Notes: generated by a model from the letters alone, not told the origin. A stretch of DNA of 64,000 nt from Rickettsiales bacterium (GCA_018969185.1 JAGWYT010000003.1:3843-67842), one strand, 5' to 3'; positions 46,596-56,129 are shown, numbered from the stretch's first letter. Made by a program: numbers and translations.

Positions 46596-47266
46596 TTAGA
46601 TTCCCCAGTTATAACATATTTTGCAATATCAGCAATATTTGTTGAATGATCTGCTAAGCGTTCAAAACTCTTAGCGATGAATAAAATATTAATGATTTTT
46701 TCTGCCTGACTTTTGCTGAAATTATCATTTTCAAGAATCATGAATAAGCTGCTATAAATCTTATCAATCTGATCATCTCTGGTTAGAACATCTTCTGCTA
46801 AACGAAAATCTTGGTCATTAAAAGCAATGATTGAATCATGCACCATTCTCTTTGATAGCTCAACCATTTGTAACATTGATGATTTAACTTTTTCATCAAA
46901 AGATTTTGCACCAATACGATCAATCTTTTTAATAATGCTTTTAGCCTGATCACCAACTCTTTCTAAATTTGAAGAAACTTTTAGAGCTGACACAATGTAA
47001 CGTAAATCAACTGCCATCGGCTGGCGTAATGCAAGCATCGTTGTCACTTTTCTTTCAACCAAAAAATCAAGAGTATTAATCTTATAATCGTGAGAAATAA
47101 TCTGATTTAAAAAATCAACTTTTGCTAAAGAATCATCACTATGTTTAATTATTTCAGAAACCATATCAATTGAAGTAAGAACTAAATGCATCATCTCATC
47201 AACCGTGCCAGCAATTGATTGTAAATCCTTATCGTATGATTTTACTGTATGTTCTTTTAGAGTCAT
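46592..47266 (-). CDS. phoU: phosphate signalling complex protein PhoU
   Basis: 224 aa, ATG start. Two PhoU repeats (D..I......R.....LERVGDQAK / ...FERLADHSTNIA). Confidence 0.9.
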   Translation of the reverse strand: MTLKEHTVKSYDKDLQSIAGTVDEMMHLVLTSIDMVSEIIKHSDDSLAKVDFLNQIISHDYKINTLDFLVERKVTTMLALRQPMAVDLRYIVSALKVSSNLERVGDQAKSIIKKIDRIGAKSFDEKVKSSMLQMVELSKRMVHDSIIAFNDQDFRLAEDVLTRDDQIDKIYSSLFMILENDNFSKSQAEKIINILFIAKSFERLADHSTNIADIAKYVITGESK

Positions 47267-47386
47267 TTTTTAAAAAATTGAATTTATGAAAGCTAATGTT
47301 TATAATTCTCATTAAATTCTACCAAACAAGCAAAATCAAGGGAAAAAATGGTGATTGTTCGTTAATTGATTAATTGTAGTAATAAA

Positions 47387-47480
47387 ATCTTATTCGCTGG
47401 TTCCCGCTAAGTCGAAACCAAGAATAAGATTTTATTTAGCTTCTCTTGGTTTGTGACAAGCTCAATCAGCAAGAAGCTAA
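47387..47480. repeat. family-2 palindromic repeat (degenerate copy; core GCTGGTT..GTCGAAACCAA)
   Basis: aaaatcttattc-gctggttcccgctaagtcgaaaccaa-gaataagatttt, then tttagcttct-cttggtttgtgacaagctcaatcagca-agaagctaaa. Homologous to the 49886-49980 element. Confidence 0.55.
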
Positions 47481-47515
47481 AAATAGTATACCAAAGAAAT
47501 AAATTATAAAAAAAC

Positions 47516-48793
47516 ATGAAGAAAGTTTTAGTAATAGGATCTGGAGGAAGAGAACACGCTATTTGCGAGCAATTTAAAAAATCGTCACAAATTGAACGCC
47601 TCTTTGCTCTACCAGGAAATGGCGGAATTAGTGAAATCGCTGAGATAATTGATAATATCAAAATTGATGAACATCAAAAAATAATTGATTTTTGTAAAAA
47701 TACACAAATTGATTTTGTGTTTGTAGGACCTGAGCAGCCTTTAGTTGCAGGCTTGGTTGATGATTTAGAAAATGCAGGAATTCGTGCTTTTGGACCTTCA
47801 AAAAAGGCTGCTGAGCTTGAAGGATCAAAAGTTTTTATGAAGCAAATTGCCGTTGATAATAAAGTTCCAACCGCAATTTATGAAACTTTTTTTGCTGAAG
47901 AACCAGCAATTGAATTTGCTAAAAAACTTGGTTTTCCTTGTGTAATAAAAGCCGATGGACTTGCTGCAGGAAAAGGCGTAATCATTGCCCAAAATTTAGA
48001 TGAGGCTGAAACTTCAATTAAAGAAATTTTTGGCGGTAAATTTGGTTTAGCGGGAAATAAAATAATTATTGAAGAATTTTTAAATGGCTTTGAAGCCAGC
48101 TATTTTGTGCTTTGCGATGGTGATAATTTTATTTCACTTGGCTTTGCTCACGATCATAAAAAAGTTGGTGAAAATGAAACAGGTCCAAACACTGGTGGAA
48201 TGGGCACTTTCGCACCCTCACCTTTTATTAGCAAAGCTTTAGAAAATGAAATTATAAAAACAATTATTGAACCAACTTTACAGGGTATGAAAAAAATTCA
48301 TGCGCCTTTTAGAGGAATTTTATTTGCTGGTTTAATGATCAATGAAAAAGGTGCGAAACTTCTTGAGTTTAACACCCGCTTTGGCGATCCAGAAACACAG
48401 GTTGTTTTGCCAAGAATTAAAACAAATTTTGTTGATTTAATTGAAGCCGCAATTGATGGCAAGCTTGATAAAATGGAAGTTGAATTTGACGAAGAAAAAA
48501 AATTAGTCTGCGTGGTCATGTGCGCAAAAGGTTATCCCGAAATCTATCAAAAAGGCACTGAAATCAAGGGTTTGAAAGATGCAGCAAAAACTCAAGATGT
48601 AAAAGTTCTTCATGCTGGAACAATAAAGAAAGATGGAAAAATTTTAGCAAATGGTGGCAGAGTTTTAAATATTATTGCTGAAGGAAAATCTTTTGAAGAA
48701 GCACGTAAAAAAGCCTATAAAACCGTTGATTTAATTGATTGGGCGGATGGCTTTGTAAGAAGAGATATTGCGAAGAAAGCTGAGGGTTTTTAA
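47516..48793 (+). CDS. purD: phosphoribosylamine--glycine ligase
   Basis: 425 aa, ATG start. MKVLVIGSGGREHA, ATP-grasp motifs, EFNTRFGDPETQ. Confidence 0.95.
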   Translation: MKKVLVIGSGGREHAICEQFKKSSQIERLFALPGNGGISEIAEIIDNIKIDEHQKIIDFCKNTQIDFVFVGPEQPLVAGLVDDLENAGIRAFGPSKKAAELEGSKVFMKQIAVDNKVPTAIYETFFAEEPAIEFAKKLGFPCVIKADGLAAGKGVIIAQNLDEAETSIKEIFGGKFGLAGNKIIIEEFLNGFEASYFVLCDGDNFISLGFAHDHKKVGENETGPNTGGMGTFAPSPFISKALENEIIKTIIEPTLQGMKKIHAPFRGILFAGLMINEKGAKLLEFNTRFGDPETQVVLPRIKTNFVDLIEAAIDGKLDKMEVEFDEEKKLVCVVMCAKGYPEIYQKGTEIKGLKDAAKTQDVKVLHAGTIKKDGKILANGGRVLNIIAEGKSFEEARKKAYKTVDLIDWADGFVRRDIAKKAEGF

Positions 48794-48798
48794 GCAAA

Positions 48799-49770
48799 TT
48801 ATCTCTCTTTTGTTTCACCATCATCTTTTAAACTTGTAGCACTCCAACCTCTTGGTTTTGTTTCTTTATGCCTTTCAAAACCATGTTTTGCTTTTTCTTC
48901 AAATATTCTTTTTCTTGTGTCTTTCATTTCACCATAAGAAGCAGAATCACCTTCTAAATAAAGCCCTCTCACCGGCATACCACTTCTATCACTTTTGTTT
49001 CTTTTAATTAATCCACTTATTTTTTCCTCATCAAGTTTTTTACCAACATCTAAAAAATCATCCAAAGGCATCCTATCAAGACCCACCTGTTTCGTTTTAC
49101 CATCTGTAGTAAGATATCTTCTATCTTGTAATTTATTATTTGAGAAACGCTTTTCCCACATATCAACATAGCGTGGCAAATTCCTCACATACTCAACTTC
49201 TTCTCCACTTTCTTGTATTGCAGTTGTTGCAGTCACCGAAATTGAATATTCAATGGGTTTTTCTAACCCTCTTTTTTCATTGCTTATCATAGTCAACATT
49301 TTATCAAAAGCTGTAGAAAAAAGATTCTGAACACGATATTTATTATTAGTTGAAATATCTGATACGTAAACAAATGTTCCAACATCATCAGGAACTTTAA
49401 GATTAGCACGCTTCTGAGGATCATTAATTGTAACCAATATCACATTCACAAATTCACCACCTTCATTTTCTAAGATGAACATAGTAGCATTGTCATCATG
49501 ACCAAATTCACGATGAAAATTATCTACAGCATCTTTCATTTTTTCTGGTGATGTTGGTTGACGAGGATCCTTTATTCTTTCACCTTTTTTAGAAATTGTT
49601 TCTTGCAATTGAGCTTCAGAATCAACTGTAATAGAATTTAGACCTGTGATGGCATCTCTACACTTTGCTGCCTCTTCTTGACTGGTTACAACTTTTAGAT
49701 AAAAATCTTCATCACCGCGAGTAAAAAGATATTTCCTCTTACCATCTAAATCAGAAAATGGATTTGTCAT
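48799..49770 (-). CDS. hypothetical protein (orphan; no signal peptide or TM)
   Basis: 323 aa, ATG start. Charged, with no motif I recognise confidently. A GNAT-like beta4-alpha3 (FVYVSDISTNNKYRVQNLFSTAFDKML) is only a weak impression. Confidence 0.5.
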   Translation of the reverse strand: MTNPFSDLDGKRKYLFTRGDEDFYLKVVTSQEEAAKCRDAITGLNSITVDSEAQLQETISKKGERIKDPRQPTSPEKMKDAVDNFHREFGHDDNATMFILENEGGEFVNVILVTINDPQKRANLKVPDDVGTFVYVSDISTNNKYRVQNLFSTAFDKMLTMISNEKRGLEKPIEYSISVTATTAIQESGEEVEYVRNLPRYVDMWEKRFSNNKLQDRRYLTTDGKTKQVGLDRMPLDDFLDVGKKLDEEKISGLIKRNKSDRSGMPVRGLYLEGDSASYGEMKDTRKRIFEEKAKHGFERHKETKPRGWSATSLKDDGETKER

Positions 49771-49885
49771 AAATTATTACATATTTTTGGAAAAATAAAG
49801 CTGCTAATACCGTAACAGATTTTCAAAAAATCATCGATATAAACTTTACAAAACCTAGGCAATTGTATACTAAATGACTGGTCAA

Positions 49886-49980
49886 TTTTTGTCTTTTCGC
49901 TGGTTGAGCTTGTCGAAACCAAAGAAAAGACAAAAATAATTTTATCCTTGGTTTCGACAAGCTCAACCAGCGGATAAAAC
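49886..49980. repeat. family-2 palindromic repeat (intact cloverleaf-like copy)
   Basis: The 24-bp core gctggttgagcttgtcgaaaccaa (49899-49922) repeats as a perfect inverted copy (49948-49971). Each core is bracketed by its own stem (tttttgtcttttc/gaaaagacaaaaa; ttttatcc/ggataaaa). Confidence 0.75.
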
Positions 49981-50018
49981 TATTTTCTACAATCATCTAG
50001 ATGTATAATCAGCAAAAC

Positions 50019-50402
50019 CTAAAATGAAACCTGACTTGCACCCTGATTATCAGTATCAGCAACCACTTCATTTTCAGATTTCTGATACACGGCTGCATAA
50101 TATTTTTCCAACTTATCAGTCTCTTTAATTTGGCTTGATAAAGTATAGCCATTATCTTTCAAATAAATTGCTGCAAGGTTTCTTAGCCTTTCTGGTCTGG
50201 TTAAATAAACCCATTCAACTTCAAGTAAATTTATTTTATCTTCATAAGCAATAATATCACTTTCCGCTCTGCTAATATCATCTTGCAAAGCTTCCACTTT
50301 AAATTGCACTGTAAACATGAAAATTACGCTGAAAAACACAGCGGCAATCATGCTGCAATTTGCTAAATAAAATTTATCTAATGAGTCCCAAAGTTCTTTC
50401 AT
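50019..50402 (-). CDS. ftsL: cell division protein FtsL-like
   Basis: 127 aa, ATG start. A single TM helix followed by a coiled coil. Positioned after mraZ-rsmH as in dcw clusters. Confidence 0.65.
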   Translation of the reverse strand: MKELWDSLDKFYLANCSMIAAVFFSVIFMFTVQFKVEALQDDISRAESDIIAYEDKINLLEVEWVYLTRPERLRNLAAIYLKDNGYTLSSQIKETDKLEKYYAAVYQKSENEVVADTDNQGASQVSF

Positions 50403-50410
50403 TTACTATT

Positions 50411-51346
50411 TTATAATTTAATCGCAACCCGCATTTTAGCTGATCGCGCACGGTTATTTTCTTTTAACTCTTCAGGACTTGCCTGAATTGTTGATTTATT
50501 TACAATACGAAAATTCTTTTTCACTTCCACCATACCAATCGGCTCATACCTTGATTTCACTTGATTTAAGCCTGCTTCTTCTTTCAAAAAATTCTTTACT
50601 ATCGAATCTTCCAAAGAATGAAATGAAACCACAATAAGCCTTCCACCATGCTTTAACAAAGTGAGAGAGCTTGCGAGAGCCATTTTCAACTCTTCTAATT
50701 CAGAATTCACAAAAATACGAAAGGCTTGAAAGGTTCTAGTTGCAGGATCTGTTTTGGAATAACCAAAATAAAAAGATCTAACAATGCTCGCCAGATCTCT
50801 GCAACTAGTGATCGCTTTACTTCTCCTCTCTTTAACAATTTTTTTAGCAATTGCTCTTGCCTTTGGTTCTTCACCAAATTCTTTAATAATTTTTGCTAAT
50901 TCTTCTTCGCTAAATTCATTAACCACTTCAAAAGCGCTAAGTGAATTTTTTTGATCCATTCTCATATCAAGTTTTGCGTCGGAATCAAATGAGAAGCCGC
51001 GCTTCATCTCATCAAACTGCATTGATGAAACTCCAAGATCAAAGATCATGGCGTCCACTTGCTTAACTCCCTTTTCTTCTAAAAGCGTTTCGCAATCGGA
51101 AAATTTTCCTGACAAAAAAGTAAAATTTTCTGGAAATTTTTTTTGTAATTCCAAAACAAATTTTTTGACCGATTCATCACGATCAACCCCAAAAACATGG
51201 CAATTTGCACTTTCCAAAATTGCTGTGGAATAACCACCAGCACCAAAGGTTGCGTCTAAATAAACTTCGCCATCTTTTGGAGCTAAATTCATAATTATCT
51301 CCTTTAACAAGACCGATTTATGAAACTCTGAGTTACCCATTTTCAT
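50411..51346 (-). CDS. rsmH: 16S rRNA (cytosine1402-N4)-methyltransferase
   Basis: 311 aa, ATG start. HKSVLLKE, DATFGAGGYS, DLGVSSMQFD and SFHSLEDSIVK are RsmH/MraW motifs. Confidence 0.95.
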   Translation of the reverse strand: MKMGNSEFHKSVLLKEIIMNLAPKDGEVYLDATFGAGGYSTAILESANCHVFGVDRDESVKKFVLELQKKFPENFTFLSGKFSDCETLLEEKGVKQVDAMIFDLGVSSMQFDEMKRGFSFDSDAKLDMRMDQKNSLSAFEVVNEFSEEELAKIIKEFGEEPKARAIAKKIVKERRSKAITSCRDLASIVRSFYFGYSKTDPATRTFQAFRIFVNSELEELKMALASSLTLLKHGGRLIVVSFHSLEDSIVKNFLKEEAGLNQVKSRYEPIGMVEVKKNFRIVNKSTIQASPEELKENNRARSAKMRVAIKL

Positions 51347-51358
51347 AGGCTCTACTCT

Positions 51359-51805
51359 TTATTTAAGACGCAGCAAGCTGCGTTGAGCTTTAGCATTTTC
51401 TTTGGCTTTTGAAACATAAATTTCAAATTTTTCTGGCTGCCAAATTTCAAAGGTTGGACCTTTTCCAACAAATACTGCTTTATCTTTTAGCTTAGCTTTT
51501 TTAAGCAAATTTTCTGGCAAAATTACTCGCCCATCAGAATCAAGCGAAAGCTGCATTGATCCCCCTAAAATTGCTGTCGCAAAGGAATCTCTTTCTTCAG
51601 AAAATGGATCAAGTTTGTCGATTGATTCAGATAAGAGTTTGATGCGTTCTATGTCACAGCCTTCAATACAGTCATTGATGAATGATTCGTAAACAATCAC
51701 TCCTGAGAAATCATTATTAACTAAGGACGCGCGAAATTGTGCTGGAACAGAAACCCTGCCCTTGCTGTCAATTTTATTCGTAAATGTTGAAAGAAATAGC
51801 GCCAT
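51359..51805 (-). CDS. mraZ: transcriptional regulator MraZ
   Basis: 148 aa, ATG start. Two SpoVT/AbrB-like halves with DSKGRVSVPAQFR and DSDGRVILPENL. Confidence 0.93.
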   Translation of the reverse strand: MALFLSTFTNKIDSKGRVSVPAQFRASLVNNDFSGVIVYESFINDCIEGCDIERIKLLSESIDKLDPFSEERDSFATAILGGSMQLSLDSDGRVILPENLLKKAKLKDKAVFVGKGPTFEIWQPEKFEIYVSKAKENAKAQRSLLRLK

Positions 51806-51854
51806 TACTGCTTTCTTGCCCTTAATAATTTATAAATATTCCTTAAAAATCTTC

Positions 51855-51899
51855 CGGAAAAATATGGAATTTTACGGAAAAAATTGGAATTTCATGGAA
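51855..51899. promoter_or_regulatory. candidate MraZ operator: five YGGAA boxes phased exactly 10 bp apart
   Basis: CGGAA 51855, TGGAA 51865, CGGAA 51875, TGGAA 51885, TGGAA 51895 (5-nt box plus 5-nt spacer), 50-95 nt upstream of the mraZ ATG. The architecture matches the E. coli MraZ TGGGN direct repeats. Confidence 0.55.
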
Positions 51900-51961
51900 A
51901 AGTTAGGGCAAATGACTTCTATGTCAATCACAAATTTGCAAAAATTATAACACCAGATAAA

Positions 51962-52100
51962 CGTCATGCCGGACAAACAGTTTCTTAGTTGGCTTTGCCA
52001 ACTTAGAAACTGTAGATCCGGTATCCATTTTTTGAATTGCGGATGAAGTATTTCTAAGAATAGCTTCGCAATTCTAAGAAATACTATCTCCGCAATGACA
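51962..52100. repeat. palindromic repeat with two internal long hairpins (mraZ-trpB intergenic)
   Basis: Termini cgtcat (51962) / atgaca (52100). Hairpin A is ccgga...cagtttcttagttgg/ccaacttagaaactg...tccgg. Hairpin B is ttgcggatgaagtatttctaagaat/attctaagaaatactatctccgcaa. Confidence 0.6.
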
Positions 52101-52210
52101 TGTTTTTTGGTCATACTATGCAATAACTAGAACTTTAAAATTCATTGCTATTTTTCTTACCTTTCTTTAGGCTCTAGAGCTTCAAATTAACAATTTTCAA
52201 TCAAAAAATA

Positions 52211-53407
52211 ATGACTTATAACAAACCAGATTCGCACGGAAAATTTGGAAAGTTTGGCGGACAATTTGTTGCCGAAACATTGATGCCAGCGGTTTTAGAG
52301 CTTACTAATTCCTATGAAAAATCTAAAAATGATAAAGAATTTCAAAAAGAATTTTCTTATTATTTAAAACATTATGTTGGTCGTCCAAGCCCTCTATACT
52401 TAGCTCAAAGACTTACTGATCATGTTGGTGGAGCAAAAATTTATTTCAAAAGAGATGAGTTAAATCATACTGGTTCGCACAAAATAAATAACTGCATCGG
52501 GCAAATTTTACTTGCTAAAAAAATGGGCAAGAAACGCATTATTGCTGAGACCGGTGCTGGTCAACATGGTGTTGCAACTGCAACAGTATGCGCCCTCTTC
52601 TCACTTCCATGCACAATTTACATGGGTGCAAAAGATGTTGAAAGACAAAAACCTAACGTCTTTCGTATGAAGCTTTTGGGTGCTGAAGTTGTGCCTGTAA
52701 CAAGCGGTTCGCAAAGTCTTAAAAATGCTATTAATGAAGCAATGCGCGATTGGATTAGTAACGCCAATGACACTTATTACTTGCTTGGAACCGTTGCTGG
52801 CCCTCACCCTTACCCTATGATGGTACGCGATTTTCACTCTGTAATTGGAAAAGAAGCTAAAATACAACATTTAGAAGCTGAGGGAAAATTGCCTGATGCA
52901 CTTGTTGCCTGCATTGGTGGCGGCTCAAATTCAATTGGCTTATTTCATCCTTTTATTGATGATTTGGATGTAAAAATTTATGGCGTTGAAGCTGCTGGAA
53001 AAGGCTTAGAGGGCAAAGAGCATTCCGCCTCAATTGCCAAAGGTTCCGTTGCAGTTTTACATGGCAATAAAACTTATTTTTTACAAGACGGAGACGGTCA
53101 AATTCAAGATGCACATTCAATTTCCGCTGGTCTTGATTATCCGGGAATTGGCCCTGAACACTCTTATTTACACGAAATTGGACGTGTGAAATATGAAAGT
53201 GCCACTGATGAAGAAGCTTTAAATGCTTTTCAGCTTTTATGTAAAACTGAAGGAATTATTCCTGCGCTTGAATCATCTCACGCTATTGCTTTCGCCAGCA
53301 AATTAGCGGCTAAAATGAATAAGAATCAAAGCATCATTGTTAATTTATCTGGTCGTGGTGATAAGGATATTTTTACTGTTGCAAAGGCATTAGGGGTAAA
53401 TTTATGA
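52211..53407 (+). CDS. trpB: tryptophan synthase beta chain
   Basis: 398 aa, ATG start. [19 protein letters not shown] motif ([15 protein letters not shown]), [18 protein letters not shown]. Confidence 0.97.
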   Translation: MTYNKPDSHGKFGKFGGQFVAETLMPAVLELTNSYEKSKNDKEFQKEFSYYLKHYVGRPSPLYLAQRLTDHVGGAKIYFKRDELNHTGSHKINNCIGQILLAKKMGKKRIIAETGAGQHGVATATVCALFSLPCTIYMGAKDVERQKPNVFRMKLLGAEVVPVTSGSQSLKNAINEAMRDWISNANDTYYLLGTVAGPHPYPMMVRDFHSVIGKEAKIQHLEAEGKLPDALVACIGGGSNSIGLFHPFIDDLDVKIYGVEAAGKGLEGKEHSASIAKGSVAVLHGNKTYFLQDGDGQIQDAHSISAGLDYPGIGPEHSYLHEIGRVKYESATDEEALNAFQLLCKTEGIIPALESSHAIAFASKLAAKMNKNQSIIVNLSGRGDKDIFTVAKALGVNL

Positions 53408-54210
53408 GCAGAATTTCACAAAAATTTTTAGAATTAAAAGGCAAAACTGCGCTTGTTTCCTATATTTGCGCCGGTGATCCAAATCACGAAATTTCACTTA
53501 ATATCTTAAAAAATCTTCCTAAAAAAGGCGTTGATATTATTGAACTTGGCATCCCTTTTCTTGACCCTGCAGGAGATGGACCAATTATTGAAAATGCCTC
53601 TAAACGCGCTATTTCTAACGGTGCTTCTTTGAAAAAAACTTTAGAAATGGTTAAGGATTTTAGAAAAGATGATTCTAAAACTCCCGTTATTTTAATGACT
53701 TATTACAATCCAGTTTTTAAATTTGGTATTGATAAATTCTTTAAAGAAGCCAGAGAAAATGGTATTGACGGCGTTTTAATTGTTGATTTACCTCTTGAAG
53801 AAGATGATGAGATTTTATCAGCAGTTAAAAATTCTAATATTGATTTAATTCAATTAATTGCACCAACAACTAACGAAGAACGCATTAGAAAAATTGCTAA
53901 AAATGCCAGCGGTTTTTTATATTTAATTTCGATGCTTGGAATTACTGGAACAAAGGCTGCATCAGTTACGGATAACAAAATTAATCTTGAGAAATTGCGT
54001 CGCAATTCTAACTTGCCTGTCGTCATAGGCTTTGGAATTAAAGAACCAAAACAAGCCAAAGAATTTTCTCAAATTGGTGTTGATGGAGTTGTAATTGGTT
54101 CAGCTTTTGTAAAAGATATTGACGAAAATTTTTCTGCTAATAAATCAGAATCAGAAATTTGTAATTCTGTTTTAGAAAAGATCGCAGAATTCTCTAATGC
54201 TCTAAAATAA
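53404..54210 (+). CDS. trpA: tryptophan synthase alpha chain
   Basis: 268 aa, ATGA overlap with trp[36 protein letters not shown]. Confidence 0.95.
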   Translation: MSRISQKFLELKGKTALVSYICAGDPNHEISLNILKNLPKKGVDIIELGIPFLDPAGDGPIIENASKRAISNGASLKKTLEMVKDFRKDDSKTPVILMTYYNPVFKFGIDKFFKEARENGIDGVLIVDLPLEEDDEILSAVKNSNIDLIQLIAPTTNEERIRKIAKNASGFLYLISMLGITGTKAASVTDNKINLEKLRRNSNLPVVIGFGIKEPKQAKEFSQIGVDGVVIGSAFVKDIDENFSANKSESEICNSVLEKIAEFSNALK

Positions 54211-54217
54211 ATTTAAT

Positions 54218-55423
54218 ATGATTGCAATAAAAGGTGTTAAAATTGCCACTACTAATTGTGGTATAAAATATAAAAATCGTGATGATTTACTTTTAGTAAC
54301 TTTTGACAAGGAAATAAGCGTAGCTGGTGTTTTCACAAGCTCTTCAATGCCTGCAGCTCCAGTATCTTGGTGCAAAAAAAATATTCAAAATAAATCAGCA
54401 AAAGCATTGATAGTGAACGCTGGAAATGCTAATGCTTTTACTGGAAAACATGGTGAAGAAGTGGTTACAAAAACTGCTGAAGAAATTTCCAAATGCTTGC
54501 CATGCAAGAATTCACAAGTTTTTATTTCTTCAACTGGCGTAATTGGTGAAACTCTAAATTATAATTTAATTACTCAAGCAATTCCTAATTTAGTTAAGAA
54601 TTTAAAAAGCGATCAAGACTCATGGAATAAGGCTGCAAAGGCAATAATGACAACTGATACTAAAGAAAAATTAGTTTCAAAAACTTGTAAAATTCTTGAT
54701 GAAAAAATTACTATTACCGGATTTGCTAAAGGCTCTGGAATGATTGCCCCAAACATGGCAACAATGCTTGGCTATATTTTTTGTGACGCTAATATTTCTT
54801 CTGACGCTTTGTCAATTATTTTAAAAGAAATTACTGAAGATACGTTTAATTCAATTACTGTTGATTCAGACCAATCAACCAACGACACGGTTTTGCTTTT
54901 TGCAACTAAAGAATCTAAACATCAATTAATTGATAATCCTTTTGATCAAAATCTTGATAGTTTTAAAAAAGCCTTACATGCTCTGATGCTTGAATTAGCG
55001 CAGATGATTGTTATTGACGGCGAAGGTGCAAAAAAATTAATCGAAATCACCGTTAGTGGTGCAGAAAATAAAAAACAGGCAAAAGATGTGGCGCTTTCTA
55101 TTGGTAATTCGCCATTAGTAAAAACCGCAATTGCAGGTTGCGACCCAAACTGGGGACGCATTGTCATGGCTGTTGGAAAATCTTGCTCTGAGACTTCGCC
55201 AGAAAAATTAGTAGTTAAAATTGGCGATTATCAACTTACAAAAGACGGTGCAAAACATCCAAATTATGTTGAAAAAACTGTGCATGAATATTTAAAAAAT
55301 TCTTTCGTTAAAATCACCGTTGATTTAGGAATAAAGTCAGGTGAAGAATCTATTCACGCCACCATCTGGACTTGCGACCTAAATGAAGAGTATATTAAAA
55401 TTAACAAAGACTACAGAAGCTAA
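54218..55423 (+). CDS. argJ: bifunctional glutamate N-acetyltransferase / amino-acid acetyltransferase
   Basis: 401 aa, ATG start. KGSGMIAPNMATMLG autoprocessing site, TTDT, CDPNWGRI, DYRS C-terminus. Confidence 0.95.
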   Translation: MIAIKGVKIATTNCGIKYKNRDDLLLVTFDKEISVAGVFTSSSMPAAPVSWCKKNIQNKSAKALIVNAGNANAFTGKHGEEVVTKTAEEISKCLPCKNSQVFISSTGVIGETLNYNLITQAIPNLVKNLKSDQDSWNKAAKAIMTTDTKEKLVSKTCKILDEKITITGFAKGSGMIAPNMATMLGYIFCDANISSDALSIILKEITEDTFNSITVDSDQSTNDTVLLFATKESKHQLIDNPFDQNLDSFKKALHALMLELAQMIVIDGEGAKKLIEITVSGAENKKQAKDVALSIGNSPLVKTAIAGCDPNWGRIVMAVGKSCSETSPEKLVVKIGDYQLTKDGAKHPNYVEKTVHEYLKNSFVKITVDLGIKSGEESIHATIWTCDLNEEYIKINKDYRS

Positions 55424-55806
55424 TGTCTAATGAAAATTTTCAAAAAAAATTTGATATAGCTTTTAGAAAACTTACTGATGCTTTAGAGAATTTAGAAAAC
55501 ACAGCTATTGATAAGCTTCATGAAACTTCTTTGCACTCAAGCGTGTTGAGCATCAGCGGCGATGAACATTCAATCAAGGGTAGAATTGTTGAACAAAATG
55601 CAATTATTCAAAACTTAAATGATGAAATAAATAAATTACAAAAAAATATTTTAACAATTACCGCTGAAAACGAAAATCTCACCACACAAAATGAATCTCT
55701 TCTAAAAAAGATTAATCAATTGCGCTCTGACAGCGCTGATTTGATTGACGACATTGAATCAGATCTAATAAAAATTTCAAAAATCATTGAGGAAAAATGT
55801 CAATAG
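55423..55806 (+). CDS. coiled-coil protein (DUF4164-like) preceding zapA
   Basis: 127 aa, ATG start. Heptad-rich, with no TM helix. Alphaproteobacteria commonly carry such a gene just upstream of zapA. Confidence 0.5.
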   Translation: MSNENFQKKFDIAFRKLTDALENLENTAIDKLHETSLHSSVLSISGDEHSIKGRIVEQNAIIQNLNDEINKLQKNILTITAENENLTTQNESLLKKINQLRSDSADLIDDIESDLIKISKIIEEKCQ

Positions 55807-56123
55807 TTGAAATTAAAATTGGTAAATCAAAATATAAAATTGAATGCGAATTTTCTGAGAAAGAGAGAATTTTAAAACTATCAGAAAACTTAAATAAAAG
55901 ATTCAACGACATTTCTTCATCAATTAAAAATGCTGATGAGAAAACTATTTTAGTAATTTTAGCCTTGATGTTAAAAGCAGAACTTGCCGAAAAAAATCAT
56001 AATGAATTATCTGAGGAAGATTATAACAGCAAGGAAGAAGAGCTTTTCAATAATTTGAACATTGATATTGAAAATGCTACACAACAAATAAATGATCTTG
56101 CAAATAAAATACGTAATTACTAA
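55797..56123 (+). CDS. zapA: cell division protein ZapA
   Basis: 108 aa, ATG start. VEIKIGKSKYKIECEFSEKERILKLSENLNKRF fits the ZapA N-terminal domain. Followed by the zapA-ssrS-ygfA synteny. Confidence 0.75.
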   Translation: MSIVEIKIGKSKYKIECEFSEKERILKLSENLNKRFNDISSSIKNADEKTILVILALMLKAELAEKNHNELSEEDYNSKEEELFNNLNIDIENATQQINDLANKIRNY

Positions 56124-56129
56124 TAAGAG

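Noticed and set aside
47407..47661. 84-aa minus ORF
   Set aside because: It overlaps the purD 5' end in antisense and extends into the family-2 repeat. It has no recognisable features.
51762..52123. ORFs 51762-51950 (+) and 51872-52123 (-) in the mraZ-trpB spacer
   Set aside because: They are built from the phased GGAA boxes and a palindromic repeat. Their palindromic origin explains why frames are open on both strands.
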